This document shows, one piece after another, positions 38,673 to 54,283 of a stretch of 64,000 nucleotides of DNA. The DNA lies in NCBI GenBank assembly GCA_964016885.1, contig OZ024743.1:80290001-80354000 (forward strand). Direction: 5' to 3'. The DNA comes from Eledone cirrhosa (taxonomy: Eukaryota). The notes beneath the pieces are model-generated. The model searched no databases and had not been told where the DNA came from. It saw only the letters and a list, made by a program, of their open reading frames with translations. Positions within the stretch are counted from its first letter, which is position 1; every line of letters begins with the position of its first letter. Made by a program: the position numbers and the translations under genes.

Positions 38673-38675
<3 letters not shown>
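37714..38675. repeat. 267-bp unit: one copy inverted against ~2.5 tandem copies; fragment also at 39403-39463
   Basis: Period 38197 to 38464 = 267 bp; inversion point ~37992. Confidence 0.92.
38197..38267 (+). tRNA. tRNA-like cloverleaf, anticodon GGA, short variable loop; probably pseudogene or SINE head (copies 38464-38534 +, 37859-37929 -)
   Basis: Acceptor GATGTGT/GTACGTC, D arm GTGT-AATGGTA-GCAC, anticodon arm TGGT-CTGGATA-ACCA, T arm GTGG(A/G)-TTCGACT-CCCAT, downstream TTTTT. Confidence 0.6.
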
Positions 38676-38737
<62 letters not shown>

Positions 38738-38960
38738 AAAAGAGTCAGGACTCCGACGGCTGAGCTCCGGCCGTTTCGACTCTTTTCCTATTACCCACTC
38801 TACTACCCTAAGCCGGGGCTGTGGGTGGGCCCCATCGCGTACCGTTGTAGAAGAAACGGGTTCCACTTGTATATTGTATACATTTTATTTTTAGTATCGA
38901 GCACTCTGGTGTGTTATGGTCCACCTGGTTTCTCACCACACTTTCTTTGCTCTCTCCCCC

Positions 38961-39018
<58 letters not shown>

Positions 39019-39091
39019 TTTAATATATACGAGGATTGCGTTTCGTTTTGATTTGCCCCCCACCGAAATATGATCTCGCTGAAATTATATT

Positions 39092-39134
<43 letters not shown>

Positions 39135-39139
<5 letters not shown>

Positions 39140-39400
39140 GGAAAACGAAGAATATATATATAATATGGAAAACGAAGAATCATCGAAACACAATTTATTA
39201 ACATATTACAATTGTTTCTCCGGCGAACAGCTCGAGATATGACGAGATACGATTTATTCGTGAATTGAACCTGACTCTGGATTCGCAAGTTTCTCAGATA
39301 CGTCTAGTGATTTCGAAGCAAATCTTCGCCCGAGAAACAATTGTAATACGTTAATAAATTGAGCTTCGATGCATCACTGATTCTTCGTTTTACATATTAT
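39135..39400. repeat. Imperfect inverted repeat with hammerhead 3' half (GAAACAATTGTA), PLE-end-like
   Basis: AAAACGAAGAATCA...TTACAATTGTTTCTC vs GAGAAACAATTGTAA...TGATTCTTCGTTTT. Confidence 0.6.
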
Positions 39401-39463
39401 ACTTAGCCTGATAGTGGGGTTAAGAACCCTCGGAAAAAGATGAGTATTGACGTACATGGGAGT

Positions 39464-41227
<1,764 letters not shown>

Positions 41228-41559
41228 CTTATGTTATAGAAAGTTGACTAACTAAGATTTTGTATGAGAGATTAATCAGTGAAAGTTGAGGCAATTAGGG
41301 TCAAGCACTCCGCGTTATGTGTATCCTTTCAAATCCGGCTTGTTAGTCTATAATGTAGTATATGTAAAATAATGATCATTTTGACCGCCAGATATAGATA
41401 TTCATAATTCTTTCATTTATTCTCAGCGGTAATACATGTTTCTGTGGCGTCTATGATTATATGATGTAATAACGCAATGACCAGACGACGTTTTATGCAA
41501 CAGAGTTGTGTTATATTGCCACTTAAATATAAGCTATGTACAAAGGGACGGGTGAGTTG

Positions 41560-41660
41560 AATGTTTCCCGGCGGGTTTTGATTATGACTTCGACTATAAC
41601 CACAGGTTTACCAATGCCTTGTGAGTGGAACTCGGTAGACAGAACTCTTGAAAGCCCGTG
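41560..41660 (+). mobile_element. SINE 3' portion ending in (TG)n
   Basis: ACTATAACCACAGG...GCCTTGTGAGTGGAACTCGGTAGACAGAA...AAGCCCG; related pieces at 25385-25462, 44390-44470 (-), 56150-56262. Confidence 0.6.
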
Positions 41661-41676
41661 TGTGTATGTGTGCGTG

Positions 41677-41867
<191 letters not shown>

Positions 41868-41999
41868 TGGTATTTACGTTTGCAGTTAAACAAAACTGAT
41901 ATCAACAATGGGTTAATATGATGGACTAAAGTAAAGACGTTGCTCCAGCATGGCAGAAGTTTATTGACTGAAATGAATAAAACCATAAAAGATTAAAAG

Positions 42000-42129
<130 letters not shown>

Positions 42130-42709
42130 AATAAAGATTCAGCGATAATCGCATTTCGGCGGGCAAGAAAAGCGAAGCGAAACGCAAAAATCAGAAATGA
42201 TACTTTTAAAGTGCTCAATAGTTAAAAACCAGAGCTAAACAATGTGTTAAGAAGCCATACAAAAGTGAAAAGGTGGTCAAGAAGGCATTAACCACCCAAG
42301 TCAAAAACCAAATCAAGCTAAACAGGTCAAAACAAAATAAATGATAAAAAATAAATGATAACCAGACCTCGACTCCCGGAATTGCTGTTAAAATCCGATG
42401 TAGAGTTTCTGTGACACCTAGATCAAAATACAGTCTGCTTAAAAATATAAGCTTTGGCTATAATGATCGAACAAGGAATATCACGTTATCAACAGGTATT
42501 TCGCTCTGTACGAAATAAGTGAATGACACGGTGGTAAGTTAAACCACGTGTGGAAATGACAAGGGGAATAACCCCAGATTTTGGCAAAGTAATTCAGTGG
42601 GTGTAAATCATGCAAAAAATAGCATAAATACCACAAATCGAATAAGTTCTCAACCGAGTGGTTTAAAATAAACTTATATAGTTTTTGCAACGCCGGGTAC
42701 CACTGCTAG
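42130..42709 (+). mobile_element. Probable non-autonomous Helitron (3' end only well supported)
   Basis: Ends GCAACGCCGGGTACCACTGCTAG|T, resembling the 3' terminus of the element at 21852; hairpin incomplete. Confidence 0.5.
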
Positions 42710-42936
42710 TGTATATATATATATTCCCACACTCACAAAAGCGTGAACCTAATAAACTACCATTTGTACTGCCTCTCTGTGTTTTGTTCCTGTCTAATAT
42801 TTAACTATATATATATATACATACATATATATATATATATACATTTTTTTCTCCCTTTTCTCTCCCCCTCCCTTTTAATGTCTTTTCACCGCTCCCCCTC
42901 ACACCCTCGGAACTCTTTTTCCTGCCCACTTTTCTC

Positions 42937-42968
42937 CTGATGAAGGGCTTATGCCCGAAACGTCGTCC
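42937..42968 (+). ncRNA. Partial hammerhead motif
   Basis: CTGATGA-AGGGC-TTAT-GCCC-GAAA-CGTCG-TC; stem I partner not evident. Confidence 0.55.
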
Positions 42969-43089
42969 CCACCCCCCACTCTCAAGCGTGAAACTAATAT
43001 TAACATTTGTACTGCTTCTTCGCTTCCACGTTGTTTTTTGTTTTTTGTTTACTGTCGCAACTATAATATATATATATATATATATAATA

Positions 43090-43151
<62 letters not shown>

Positions 43152-43601
43152 TATTGTCCTTCAACCAAATCGACTAAAGAAATAAATCAATATATTATGT
43201 ATGAATTCTGAAAAATATGTTTACCAGACAAGAGAAATTTGCCAAAGGAACTTTCGGCAACAACTAAGGCTTCAGCGGTGGTTTTACTATTAAAGATATT
43301 TCTAATTTAAGAAATAAAGAACTTTCATATTTTATATATCTTCCGGTTTTTATTTTTTATTTTTCCGTTTTATTTTTTACTGAGAACTTACTGAAATATC
43401 TGTATAAATAAATTGGAAAGAAATAGAGAGAGTTTAACATTTGGTAGAGTCATAAATACTCCCATTCTGACACACGGTAAATATTGTGTAATTTGTACTA
43501 GAGGGTGTCCTTCGCTCTCATGGAACACAGTAGAGGAGAGACAGAGAGGAGAGAGACAGAGGGAAGAGAGATCGACAGACGAGAGAGAGACAAATATCGA
43601 A

Positions 43602-43665
<64 letters not shown>

Positions 43666-43877
43666 ATCCTCGTAATGGACTACCATTTTATCAATAAGGT
43701 TTTAACTCAGTAAGCCGGAACCTGTAGAAAGTCATTTAATCCCATATTGTAACAACTGACAATTGGTCGCTTTAACTAAACATGGCGGGAAAAACAGTGT
43801 TCGATATTTGAATAGTTTTCGGAATATTTTGGAGAGTTTAGGACATAAATTATATTTACTATAATCCACTTTAGTTA

Positions 43878-44025
43878 CTGTGAAGTCGCATAGCTTAGTG
43901 GTTAGAGCATTGGGCTTGCAATCGAAAGGTTGTGAGTTCAATTCTCGGACCAGTTGATGTGTTGTTTCCTTAAGCAAGACACTTTATTTCACGTTGCTCC
44001 AGTTTACTCAGCTGTAGAAATGAGA
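43878..44025 (+). mobile_element. tRNA-derived SINE with CORE-like segment
   Basis: A box TAGCTTAGTGG, B box GAGTTCAATTC, then TTCCTTAAGCAAGACACTTTATTTCACGTTGCTCCAG. Confidence 0.8.
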
Positions 44026-45434
44026 TGATAGGACTGCAGTCCTTATCATTAAATCACCCAAGACACCTACAACGAGATATACCTTGGAGGAGGCCAGCTA
44101 AACTTGCATAAGTGTGAGCTGTAACACACATTTTATTTACTGGGAGTAATGAACCTTCGTCAGTTTGGACGATGAGTCTGCCAGTTGTTCGATCAATGGA
44201 ATAGTCATCTCATTAAATTAATAGGCAAGTGACCGAGCTTTTTTATAGACAAGTGTACCCAAAGTAACTTTTAAGGAGGTTCAACACGAGAGTGTATAAT
44301 AAAACATATGCAGCTCCTCCGACGTGATGCAAAACTGTTGCCGTCTACACAATGTCCCTAACATAACTTCAGTCCATCAGAAATTATAATACACTTCCTT
44401 AAGATGACACTCAGTGGGATCGAACCCTGGGCCTTTTGATTGCAAAACGAGCTTCTTAACTATTTGACCAGGAAAGTAATAAGACCATTAGCTTGGCTGG
44501 TCACGAAATATATTTGTGTAAATTCTTATCATTTGCGGTATCGTTCCTGCCCTCGGCTTTCTTAGTTCAAAACCCGCCGAATTTTTATTTTGAGGTCAAT
44601 AAATAAAAAGTACCATTCTATTACTGAGGTCGATTCTTCCTTTTACCCCTATATTTCTTTCTCACTTCTCTGAAAGAACTCTGCTGTATTCAGACCTGGA
44701 GAAAAATGATCTCCACCAGGCTTTAGAATGCCCTAGCAACACAATATACCACTACGGCGCTCCTACGACTCCTTCGGGAGTTAGGCTACCACATCATATC
44801 ATACAATGATATATACATTGCAGAATATAGAGCAGGAATAACCCCGAAGGCAGAACTTCTGCTGGTATTTGTTATATAAATAACTGTAAAGAATCGAACG
44901 ACATACATGTAGAGAAACCTGAGAATGGGAAGAAGTGATAGCTTTATAAATAGGTAAATATAGAAAGAAAGGAAGAGAGTGAGAGAAAGTGAGAGAGAAA
45001 GTAGACAAAGTGTGAGAGAGAAAGAGAGAGAGTAGAAGAAACAAAGTGATAGAGAGAGAGATAAAGTGAGAAATTGAAACAGTTAGAGAGGGAGACAGTG
45101 AGAGAGTTAGCGAGTGAGTGATAAAGTGAGTGAAAGATCTAGTGAAAGAGAGAAGTAAATCATGAAATTTAAGCTTCTATAGCGCTGAGAGAGAGTAAAA
45201 TATAGAGAATAATTATAGAAAGTTCTCGAAATAAACGGAGGAGGTGTCATTGACATGAGAGTAAGATGAGATTCTCGTAATAAACAGAGGAGATGTCATT
45301 GAGATGAGAGTAAGATGAGATTCTCGTACAGCAGGAAATTATCATAATGTTCAATCGATTTTCATAAACTCACAAAAAAATATTCATTCCCAACCATCTA
45401 TACCTATCTATCTATCTATCTATCTATTATCTAC

Positions 45435-45512
45435 ACGACTGTATGTAAAATCCCCGGCATGTCTTTGTATTGTCCCCTTTCTTGTTGCGCCCTTGTGGCT
45501 AATAAAGAAATC
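45435..45512 (+). mobile_element. Very short 3' stub of an L1/Tx1-type element inside (TATC)n
   Basis: GTCTTTGTATTGTCCCCT...CCCTTGTGGCTAATAAAGAAATC matches the 3' end of the element at 34555. Confidence 0.8.
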
Positions 45513-45550
45513 TATCTATTATCTATCTATCTATCTCTCTATCTCTCTAT

Positions 45551-48500
45551 CGGACGTGCGGTAGATCGCTGGTAAGTTTTTGTAAAGTTTTCCATACAAA
45601 AACAGTATTCATTGTATAGAATTTTATATTGTTTGATAGATTAATACCCAGACTGAATTGTCAGCTGGGTGGTAATCTCAGTTTTCGCCCCACAGGGGCG
45701 GAAATTTAATTTTAAAAAATTGACAAGTTTTAAAAATGTTCCTAACTTTAACAATGTGTGACGTACAACGAACGCTAGACTGCGAGAAGAGAAGGAAAGA
45801 GACAGATATAAGCGTTATGTCTCCCTCTATTTCCATAGAAGTATCTATGGAGATGAACAACAACAAAACTTCGTTTCGTAAAGAAATGAATATTTACACA
45901 ACAAAAGATGAAAATAACAGCCGATAACAGACACCAAAAAACACAGAAAATACAGAAATTGAAACAATTGACACAACTACACACGAAAAAAACAACAACA
46001 ACACCAATAAGATGAAAAATGTGAACAACACCAACCAGAACAACAACAACAACAATAATAATGACAACATGAACAACAACAACAGCAACGATGATAAAAA
46101 CGACACCACCAACAACAACAGCAACACGAACAACTCCACAAACAAGGAAAAGATTTCCTTTGCTCAAACCGTCCAAAAGACGGAACTGTTTACATACCTT
46201 CACATTTCCAATGCTAGGGAACTGTTAAGTGATGCAAAGCAGTATGTAACTTTTGGTGAGACTGGTGCTTTCAGCATCACTTCTCCTCAACAGTTACGTA
46301 GAGAAACTGTGCTAAAAACAGTAATTTTTAGGACAGTTTCAAATGTGTCAAAAAAACCAGTCCAATTATTCCAGAATGACATTGAACTGGTTCTGAAAAA
46401 TTTAATGAAGGATATTGCTTTCATCCAAAAAGGTAAACTTTTTGGAAGCATTTCGGTGCTGATGAAAGACCAATTGACGGCACAAACATATTCTGTGTCG
46501 CCAATTGTGTCCCCCTTTACACCTTTTTCCCCACATATATGGGAAAAAGAACCCCAAAAATTAAAATTGGAAATATTACACTAAACGTAAACGTTTGGTG
46601 GATTTTGACTGGCTTCATCGATTTCGATTAAGACACAATTATTTCAGTGGGAAAGTCCTCTAGAGGCACGTTCAATGGTACAAGCCTGGAAGTTCTGGTC
46701 CAAATGAGGCCAGAACGGATAGCTAAAATACTCCAACGTGTGCCACTGGATGGAATTTCATACATAAACATTTATGTTGAGGGTAGGCGGTCTTCATGTT
46801 ACCACTGTTTAAGCAGTGGTCACCTGAAAACTTACTGTCCTCAGCTAGCTGCAAAAAAAAAGAGGCACTACTGCCAACACCCAAAACAACAATACAACCA
46901 TCACCACCACCACCACCACAACAACAACAACACACAAACATAACCAAAACAAGAACAACAAACCAAACTGCAAACACAGTCCCACCCAACCCCACTCCAC
47001 CTAAAACCACTACAAAAACACCCACAAACACAACAGCTCCCTAAAACATACCTCTTCCAAATAACACAGACACCACAACGGACGAGGCCCCCTCATCATC
47101 ACCAAGTGACGATGAGGGAGAGCCTCTCCGTTCGAAAAGAAAGAAGAAAAGACACCACAAGAACAAAAAAGCAACAAACATCACTACAAACATACAACCA
47201 CCAACACAAACAACACAAACATTACAAACAAAAACCTCCCGACCCGAAAACAAAACCACGAAATCACTCCAAACACAAACACCTGCAACAAAATGAAAGC
47301 TCACACAAGAACAACAGACAAAAACCAACACAACACAACAAGAACATTACACATACATAAACAGTGACAACAAAACTTTAATCTCCCACGAACATTCAGT
47401 GAAAACCGAAGGGAAAACTTTTTCGAACTGTGCAGACAGACATAATTTAAAGATGATTAGGGTCCCTGCGGACACCTATAAGTCTTTAAAGGAAAACTTT
47501 CCTAAGGACGTGGGTAATCCTTGTGTTAAAGCCATTAAACGCGTCCTTTTAAAATGTTTCCCCACCCTCACCCCAGCCACCCCAGCCCTCACCCCAGACG
47601 CCCCCTCCCCATCAGACACCCCCTCCCCACCAAACATCTTCGTCCCCACCCGCCGGAAACCACCACCCTATCAAACAACCCCTCCAACACCCCCATGGAC
47701 ATGGTGCAGCCTGGTCCTCAGGAGACGAAGAGGTGAGTGATTTCTTTTCCTCTTCTTTTAACTATTCAGCACCAATATGGCCAATATAAGAGTTGGATGT
47801 GTGAATGTACGCGGCCTGGGGTTGCCCTGGAAACAGGGCAAACTCTTAAACGACCTCAGGTCGCACAGTATGGATGTAGTAGCCATTTGCGAGTCCAGGA
47901 TCCGCAGCGAGCGACAACTGGCCCCCATCTTCGACGACTTTGAGATCTACGCATCTGTCTGTCAGCCGGGAGGTGGGGGTGGGGTTGCCGTTTTGCTGCC
48001 GAAACACCTCGACCTCGTAACACAGACGATACATCTGGACCCGGAAGGTCGACTGGTGGTCCTAGACGGTGACAGCATATGCCCCATCCGGGACACCACG
48101 GCCAGACTTCTTCAAACGTCTAGAGACTTTTCTGGGAACGTCCCGCTCCTTGCTTTTAGTGGAGGACTGGAATGGAATACTAGATTCACGTTGGGACTAT
48201 GTGGGAGCATGTCCCGATAAAGGGGGGGGGGGGGGTAACGGCCTCAAACAGTTAATCGGCCGATTTGACCTGGCCGATAGATATCGACTAGATTTTCCGA
48301 CTGTGCCAGTGTGGACTAATATCAGCTAAACATCTAGATCGTACCTAGATAGGGTTCTAATTAGAGATAAAGATATGGACATGTTAAGCTGTCCACAAAT
48401 GTTCATGGTTGCCTATTCAGATCACAAACTAGTGTTCTGCATGGTCAACATTGATAGAATCCATAGACAAGGACCCGGCTACTGGAAGCTGAACTTGTGG

Positions 48501-49039
48501 TTACCGACATGCAAAGCCTACAGTAGACGGATTAGCACTTTTGTTAAACAGCACTTGACAGGGGCAATTGTCAACAACAGATGGTGGTACTCTCTCAAGA
48601 GGGCAGTTACATTAGACTCGTTAGTTTTTAGTAAATAATTAGCGTTAAATAGAAATAGGACAGAAAAGGAACTGATAGATGAAGTAGAAGAGGCAATTAG
48701 AAGTGGCAAGGTAGCCAGCGTGCTAACAACGAGAACGGCCTTGGACCAGTTCTTCGACGCAAAACACGAGGGCTGCGTTGTCAGAAGCAAAATACGTGCT
48801 CTGGGTAACGAGGGAGCCAAAGCTGTTAGCTGGGCCCGAGTGACGGAGGCAAAAAGTGGCAACAAGTCCACGATTCGGTCTTTGAAGGACCAAGACGGAT
48901 GTGTGAACGTGAGCCGAAGCAGATGCGCGCGACCTTTCGGCGGCACTTTTCTCAGCTGTTTAGGCAGGGCGAGCGCCGGGAGGGGCTATGAATTTCGGTC
49001 CATACCTCGACGGCCTACCGCGACTCTCGGACAGTGAGG
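45551..49039 (+). mobile_element. L1/Tx1-type element, 5' part (ORF1 + endonuclease), 3'-truncated, frameshifted
   Basis: ORF1 with Asn/Thr-rich N-terminus and CYHCLSSGHLKTYC. ORF2 MANIRVGCVNVRGLG...SRSYLDR...YSDHK...GPGYWKLN, homologous to 32383-31730. Confidence 0.92.
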
Positions 49040-50007
49040 CGAACTTGAAGTGTAAACACGGATTGCTGGAACTTCTTCCTTGTTGAAAATCCAAGTCCCC
49101 ACTTCCGCAGTTTACCATCCGATTAATTGGTGAAATATATTTCTTTAATGGAATATATACAGGGAAGATTAATCATATTATAAGGTATCCATTTTTGAAG
49201 TTCTGGTCAACTTTATTTAGTTACCTACCTAGCTATGTGTGGTTACACACTTTTAAAAATTATCTCCTGTGATTATCCATGTTTATTTATATGTTAATCA
49301 ATTTCTAGTTATTATAAAATGCTCGGACCTACTCGTTAGAATCTTAGAGCTTATTTTCCGGGTGATATGGCGCATGTCTTTCTGGCATGACACCCATAAT
49401 TTCGATTTAGATTAAATTCATTTAATTTATCTTAATTTTGGATATAGATATATAAATACGTCTCCTTAATTGTAGAGCTAACTCTGTTGAAAGGACTCGA
49501 CTGCTGTTTCTAGTTGTCGATAACCCTATTCATGCCACTGGGACGAAACTACTATGATGTGTGTATTTCTAGTAAATACAACACGTGGTGATGGCCAGTC
49601 GCAGATTTGAACTTGAAGTGTAAATACGGATTGCTGGAACTTCTTCCTTGTTGAAAATCCAAGTCCCCACTTCCGTGGTTTACCATCCGATTAATTGGTG
49701 AAATATATTTCTTTAATGGAATATATACAGGGAAGATTAATCATATTATAAGGTATCTATTTTTGAAGTTCTGGTCAACTTTATTTAGTTACTTACCTAG
49801 CTATGTGTGGTTACACACTTGTAAAAATTATCTCCTGTGATTATTCATGTTTATTTATATGTTAATCAATTTCTAGTTATTATAAAATTCTCGGACCTAC
49901 TCGTTAGAATCTTAAAGCTTATTTTCCGGGTGATATGGCGCATGTCTTTCTGGCATGACACCCATAATTTCGATTTAGATTAAATTCATTTAATTTATCT
50001 TAATTTT

Positions 50008-50042
<35 letters not shown>

Positions 50043-51381
50043 TATACAAGAAATGCTTAGGGTTATCCTGAATGCAGTAATGGTTAATTACTACACTAGA
50101 TAGAGTTGACGTACGGTGAGGGGTTACTCAACGAGTTATGGAAGAATAGTCGGAAAAATTCAGTTTCTGATCCTTCTGTATTCCGGAGTGTAGATAAAGA
50201 ATGAATAATAACAGGTAGACATCATAAAATGGTAATTTAATCCGAGTGCTTACAAATGTTTTTTTCAACAGTAGTTATACAGCCTAGTCATGCTATGTGC
50301 AATTGATAATTACTGCTCTGAGAAAATGGTAGTCGCAGCATTTGAAAATTGAGTTTCTGCAACCAAATAATTATTAATTATCATAGCATGACTAGGCTGT
50401 ATAACTACTGTAAGCACTCGGAATAAACTAACTTTTTATGATGTCTACCTCTTATTCATTGTTTATATATATATATATATGTATATATATATAATAACTA
50501 GAAATTGATTAACATATAAATATACATGAATAATCACAGGAGATAATTTTTACACGCGTGTAATCACGCATAGCTTGTTTGGGTAATAATTAAATTTATA
50601 CCTTTAAGTATGATTAACCTTCCTTGTATATATCCCATTAAAGAAATATATTTCACCAATTAATCAGATGGTAAGTCACGGAAAGTGGATATTATTGGAT
50701 TGTCAACAAGGAAGAATAATAATGTCCAGCTATCCATCCTCACACAACGAGTTCAAATCCTCATCTTGCCTCTACCACGTGTTGCATCTACACATGACAG
50801 CAGCTTCGTTTCAGTGGCGTGAATAGGTTTTCGACAACTAGAAATAGCAGTCAAATTCTCTTCAACAGAAATATCTCTACAATTAAGGAGCCGTATATAT
50901 ATATATCTATATCCAAAATTAAGATAAATTAAATGAATTTAATCTAAATCGAAATTGTGGGTGTCATGTCATAACGACATGCGCCATATCGCCTGGAAAT
51001 AAGCTCAAAGATAAATCCGAGCATTTTATAATAACTAGAAATTGATTAACATATAAATATACATGAATAATCACAGGAGATAATTTTTACACGCGTGTAA
51101 CCACGCATAGCTAGTTTGGGTAATGATTAAATTTATACCTTTAAGTATGATTAACCTTCCTTGTATATATACCATTAAAGAAATATATTTCACCAATTAA
51201 TCAGATGGTAAGTCACGGAAAGCAACCATCCTCACACAACGAGTTCAAATCCTCATCTGGCCTCTACCACGTGTTGCATCTACACATGACAGCAGCTTCG
51301 TTTCAGTTGCGTGAATAGGTATTTGACAACTAGAAATAGCAGTCAAATTCTCTTCAACAGAAATAGCTCTACAATTAAGGA

Positions 51382-51424
<43 letters not shown>

Positions 51425-51581
51425 ATCTATATCTATATCTATATCCTATATCAATTTCTAGTTATTATAAAATGCTCGGATTTATCTTTGAGCTTATTTC
51501 CTGGCGATATGGCGCATGCCGTTATGACATAACACCCACAATTTCGATTTAGATTAAATTCATTTAATTTATCTTAATTTT

Positions 51582-51585
<4 letters not shown>
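49040..51585. repeat. 568-bp hammerhead-bearing unit in tandem (49040-50010) and inverted (50494-51385) copies; diverged copy at 55488-55795
   Basis: Period 49075 to 49643. Each copy has CTTCCTTG-[C/T]TGAnnA...TGGT-GAAA-TATATTTC/GGAATATA-TA-CA[A/G]GGAAG. Confidence 0.88.
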
Positions 51586-51672
<87 letters not shown>

Positions 51673-51948
51673 GTTATGTAATAAACAACATAAGGCAATT
51701 ATTTCATTTACCAGTGGTTTCTTAAAAGCAAAAAAATGTTGCTTTCAATCATCAGAATGAAAAAATCCTGGTGTATTTATTGGCGTTGGATTTTAAAAAA
51801 CAAAAATATAATCTATATGAAAGTGAGGCTGGAAAAGAAAGAAGGAAAGGAAAAATAAAAACACACATGCAAACACACACACACACACACAATTATATAC
51901 ATACACATATATATATATATACATACACACATACATACACACACTCAT

Positions 51949-51992
<44 letters not shown>

Positions 51993-52124
51993 GTGTATAT
52001 ATATACATACACATATATATACACATACATACATACACACATAAATATCAACATATCCATACATACACATACATACAAATACACAAACGTGCATACACGC
52101 ACACACACGCACACATATACATGC

Positions 52125-52155
<31 letters not shown>

Positions 52156-52451
52156 AACATATATATACATACATACACACACATACATATATATACACGC
52201 ATGCATATATATATATATATATATATACATACACACACATATACATACATATATACATATGATGATGATGGCTGCCCCCTCGTTATCGAGTATGGCCATT
52301 GCACGAGAAAAAAAAATTAAAAAAATTAATAAATAAATAAAAAATAAAATAAAAATAAAAAAAAATAAATATATATCTATATATATACATACACATATAC
52401 ATACAGATATACACACACACACACATATACACACACACATACATTAACAAC

Positions 52452-52489
<38 letters not shown>

Positions 52490-52596
52490 TAATAATAATA
52501 ACGACAACAACAATAATAATATACATATACATATATATATACACATACACGCACACACATAAACATATCTATACACACACACACGCACACGCACAA

Positions 52597-53342
52597 CTAA
52601 CAGCGCTGCGATCGAATGTGGCTTTTTAGCCCAGCCAATGATCTAAAATGTCTTGCACAGAGTCGGCAACCAAAGCATTCACTGGGAATAGTCGGCTGTG
52701 GTTGGAGTTCGTGTACTTTTGCATGTCGCTTGAGCCCTCCTGCTGATTTACATTCTCTACCACATGTTTGGCAAGCATGATGAGTAGCATCTCCAACAGC
52801 AGCCTGGTAGTCAACCACTGGTCTTACTTTATGACTGCGAAGATGACTTTTGAGTCCAGCTTTGCTTAGGCAGAGTCTCGCACAGACGCTGCATGTCAGC
52901 ACCATAGGAGGACCCTCGCCGTCTGGAAGTGCAACAGCAATGCCCTTCCTCACATCCCGCTTTACTTTCTCGTATGCGATTCGAGATGCCTCAAAGGCAA
53001 CTTTTCCCTCAGATACAGTCTTTCTCCATTTATTACGATCAGCAGCAATATTTTCCCATGTATCAGCAGAGATGTTAGCGTCTTTCAAAGAGGCTTTCAA
53101 GGAATCCTTATACCTCTTTTTTGGTTTATGTGGCGGTCGTTTTCCTTTAACCAACTCTCCATAAAAGAGTTGTTTTGGTATTCTAGAATCCTTCATCCTG
53201 GCAAGGTGACCACTCCAATGGAGTCGTTGCTTAAGCACAAGAGCTTCTATACTGTCACACATAGAGCTTTCCAAAATCTCGACATCGCTGATGTGGTCCC
53301 TCCAGTGAACACCATGGATCCGTCTGAGACACATCTGATGGA
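52597..53342 (-). mobile_element. 5'-truncated RTE-clade LINE with three C-terminal C2H2 zinc fingers
   Basis: HQMCLRRIHGVHWRD...RLHWSGHLARMKDSRIPKQLFYGEL...RYKDSLK...WENIAADRNKWR; fingers CSVC..HLRSH, CQTC..HAKVH, CRLC..HIRSQ. Confidence 0.92.
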
Positions 53343-53663
53343 TATATACATATATACATACATACATACATACATACATACATACATACATACATACATA
53401 CACACAATCATACGTATATACACACGTACATACATACACATACATACACAATATATAAACGCATACATACGCATGCACAAATATAGAAATATATACACAC
53501 ACCTACATACTCACACACACAAATAAATATAGGAAAAAATATATAATATAATAATAAAAAATAAAAATGAATATAAAGATTATTATAGTGTTGACAGCGA
53601 TACAGGCAACAAATAAATGAACAAACACACGTGGTAAGCAATACACACAAATTCACGTACATT

Positions 53664-53744
<81 letters not shown>

Positions 53745-53748
<4 letters not shown>

Positions 53749-53930
53749 CGAAGGAAACGTGGTAAGGAACCAGGTGGACCATAACGCACCAAAGTACTCA
53801 ATACTTAGGGTAGTAGAGTGGGTAATAGGAACGAGTAGGACCCCGACGGCTGAGCTCAAGCCGTTTCGACGGCTAATTCTGGACTAAAATTTTAGTCCAG
53901 AATTCGCCGTCGGGGTCCTATTCGTTCCTA
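53745..53930. repeat. Foldback element, inverted near-identical copy of 30723-30925
   Basis: Same ~130-bp sequence in reverse complement, different hairpin centre. Confidence 0.9.
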
Positions 53931-54283
53931 TATATATATATAATATATTAAACTTATACCAATATCTCAATTTGGTGGGATATAATTGAGACCAACTACA
54001 ATAAGTCAGTCTAACTCATATATATGGACAGTATTAGAGACACATTACTTTTTAATTGATAGCTAGTTATTTCTACCGTCTTTATAAGCCTGTCGCATTG
54101 TCCTTAGATTGTATCATTTTTATATATAAAATACTACAATTAACCTTTATCTGTGACGGCACGGGGCCAGCTAATATTATGTATAAAAAGAAAGTGGTCT
54201 TTAACCTCTTAATATGAAAGATTCATTTATAATCCTCCCAGCATCCAATACACAGCTACATTAAACTCCCACTGTCATCGCCT

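Noticed and set aside
43878-43955. Functional tRNA gene
   Set aside because: Acceptor stem does not pair and it continues into a SINE body.
52597-53502. Host C2H2 zinc-finger gene
   Set aside because: Upstream part is an RTE post-RT region and the ORF start lies in a (TATG)n microsatellite.
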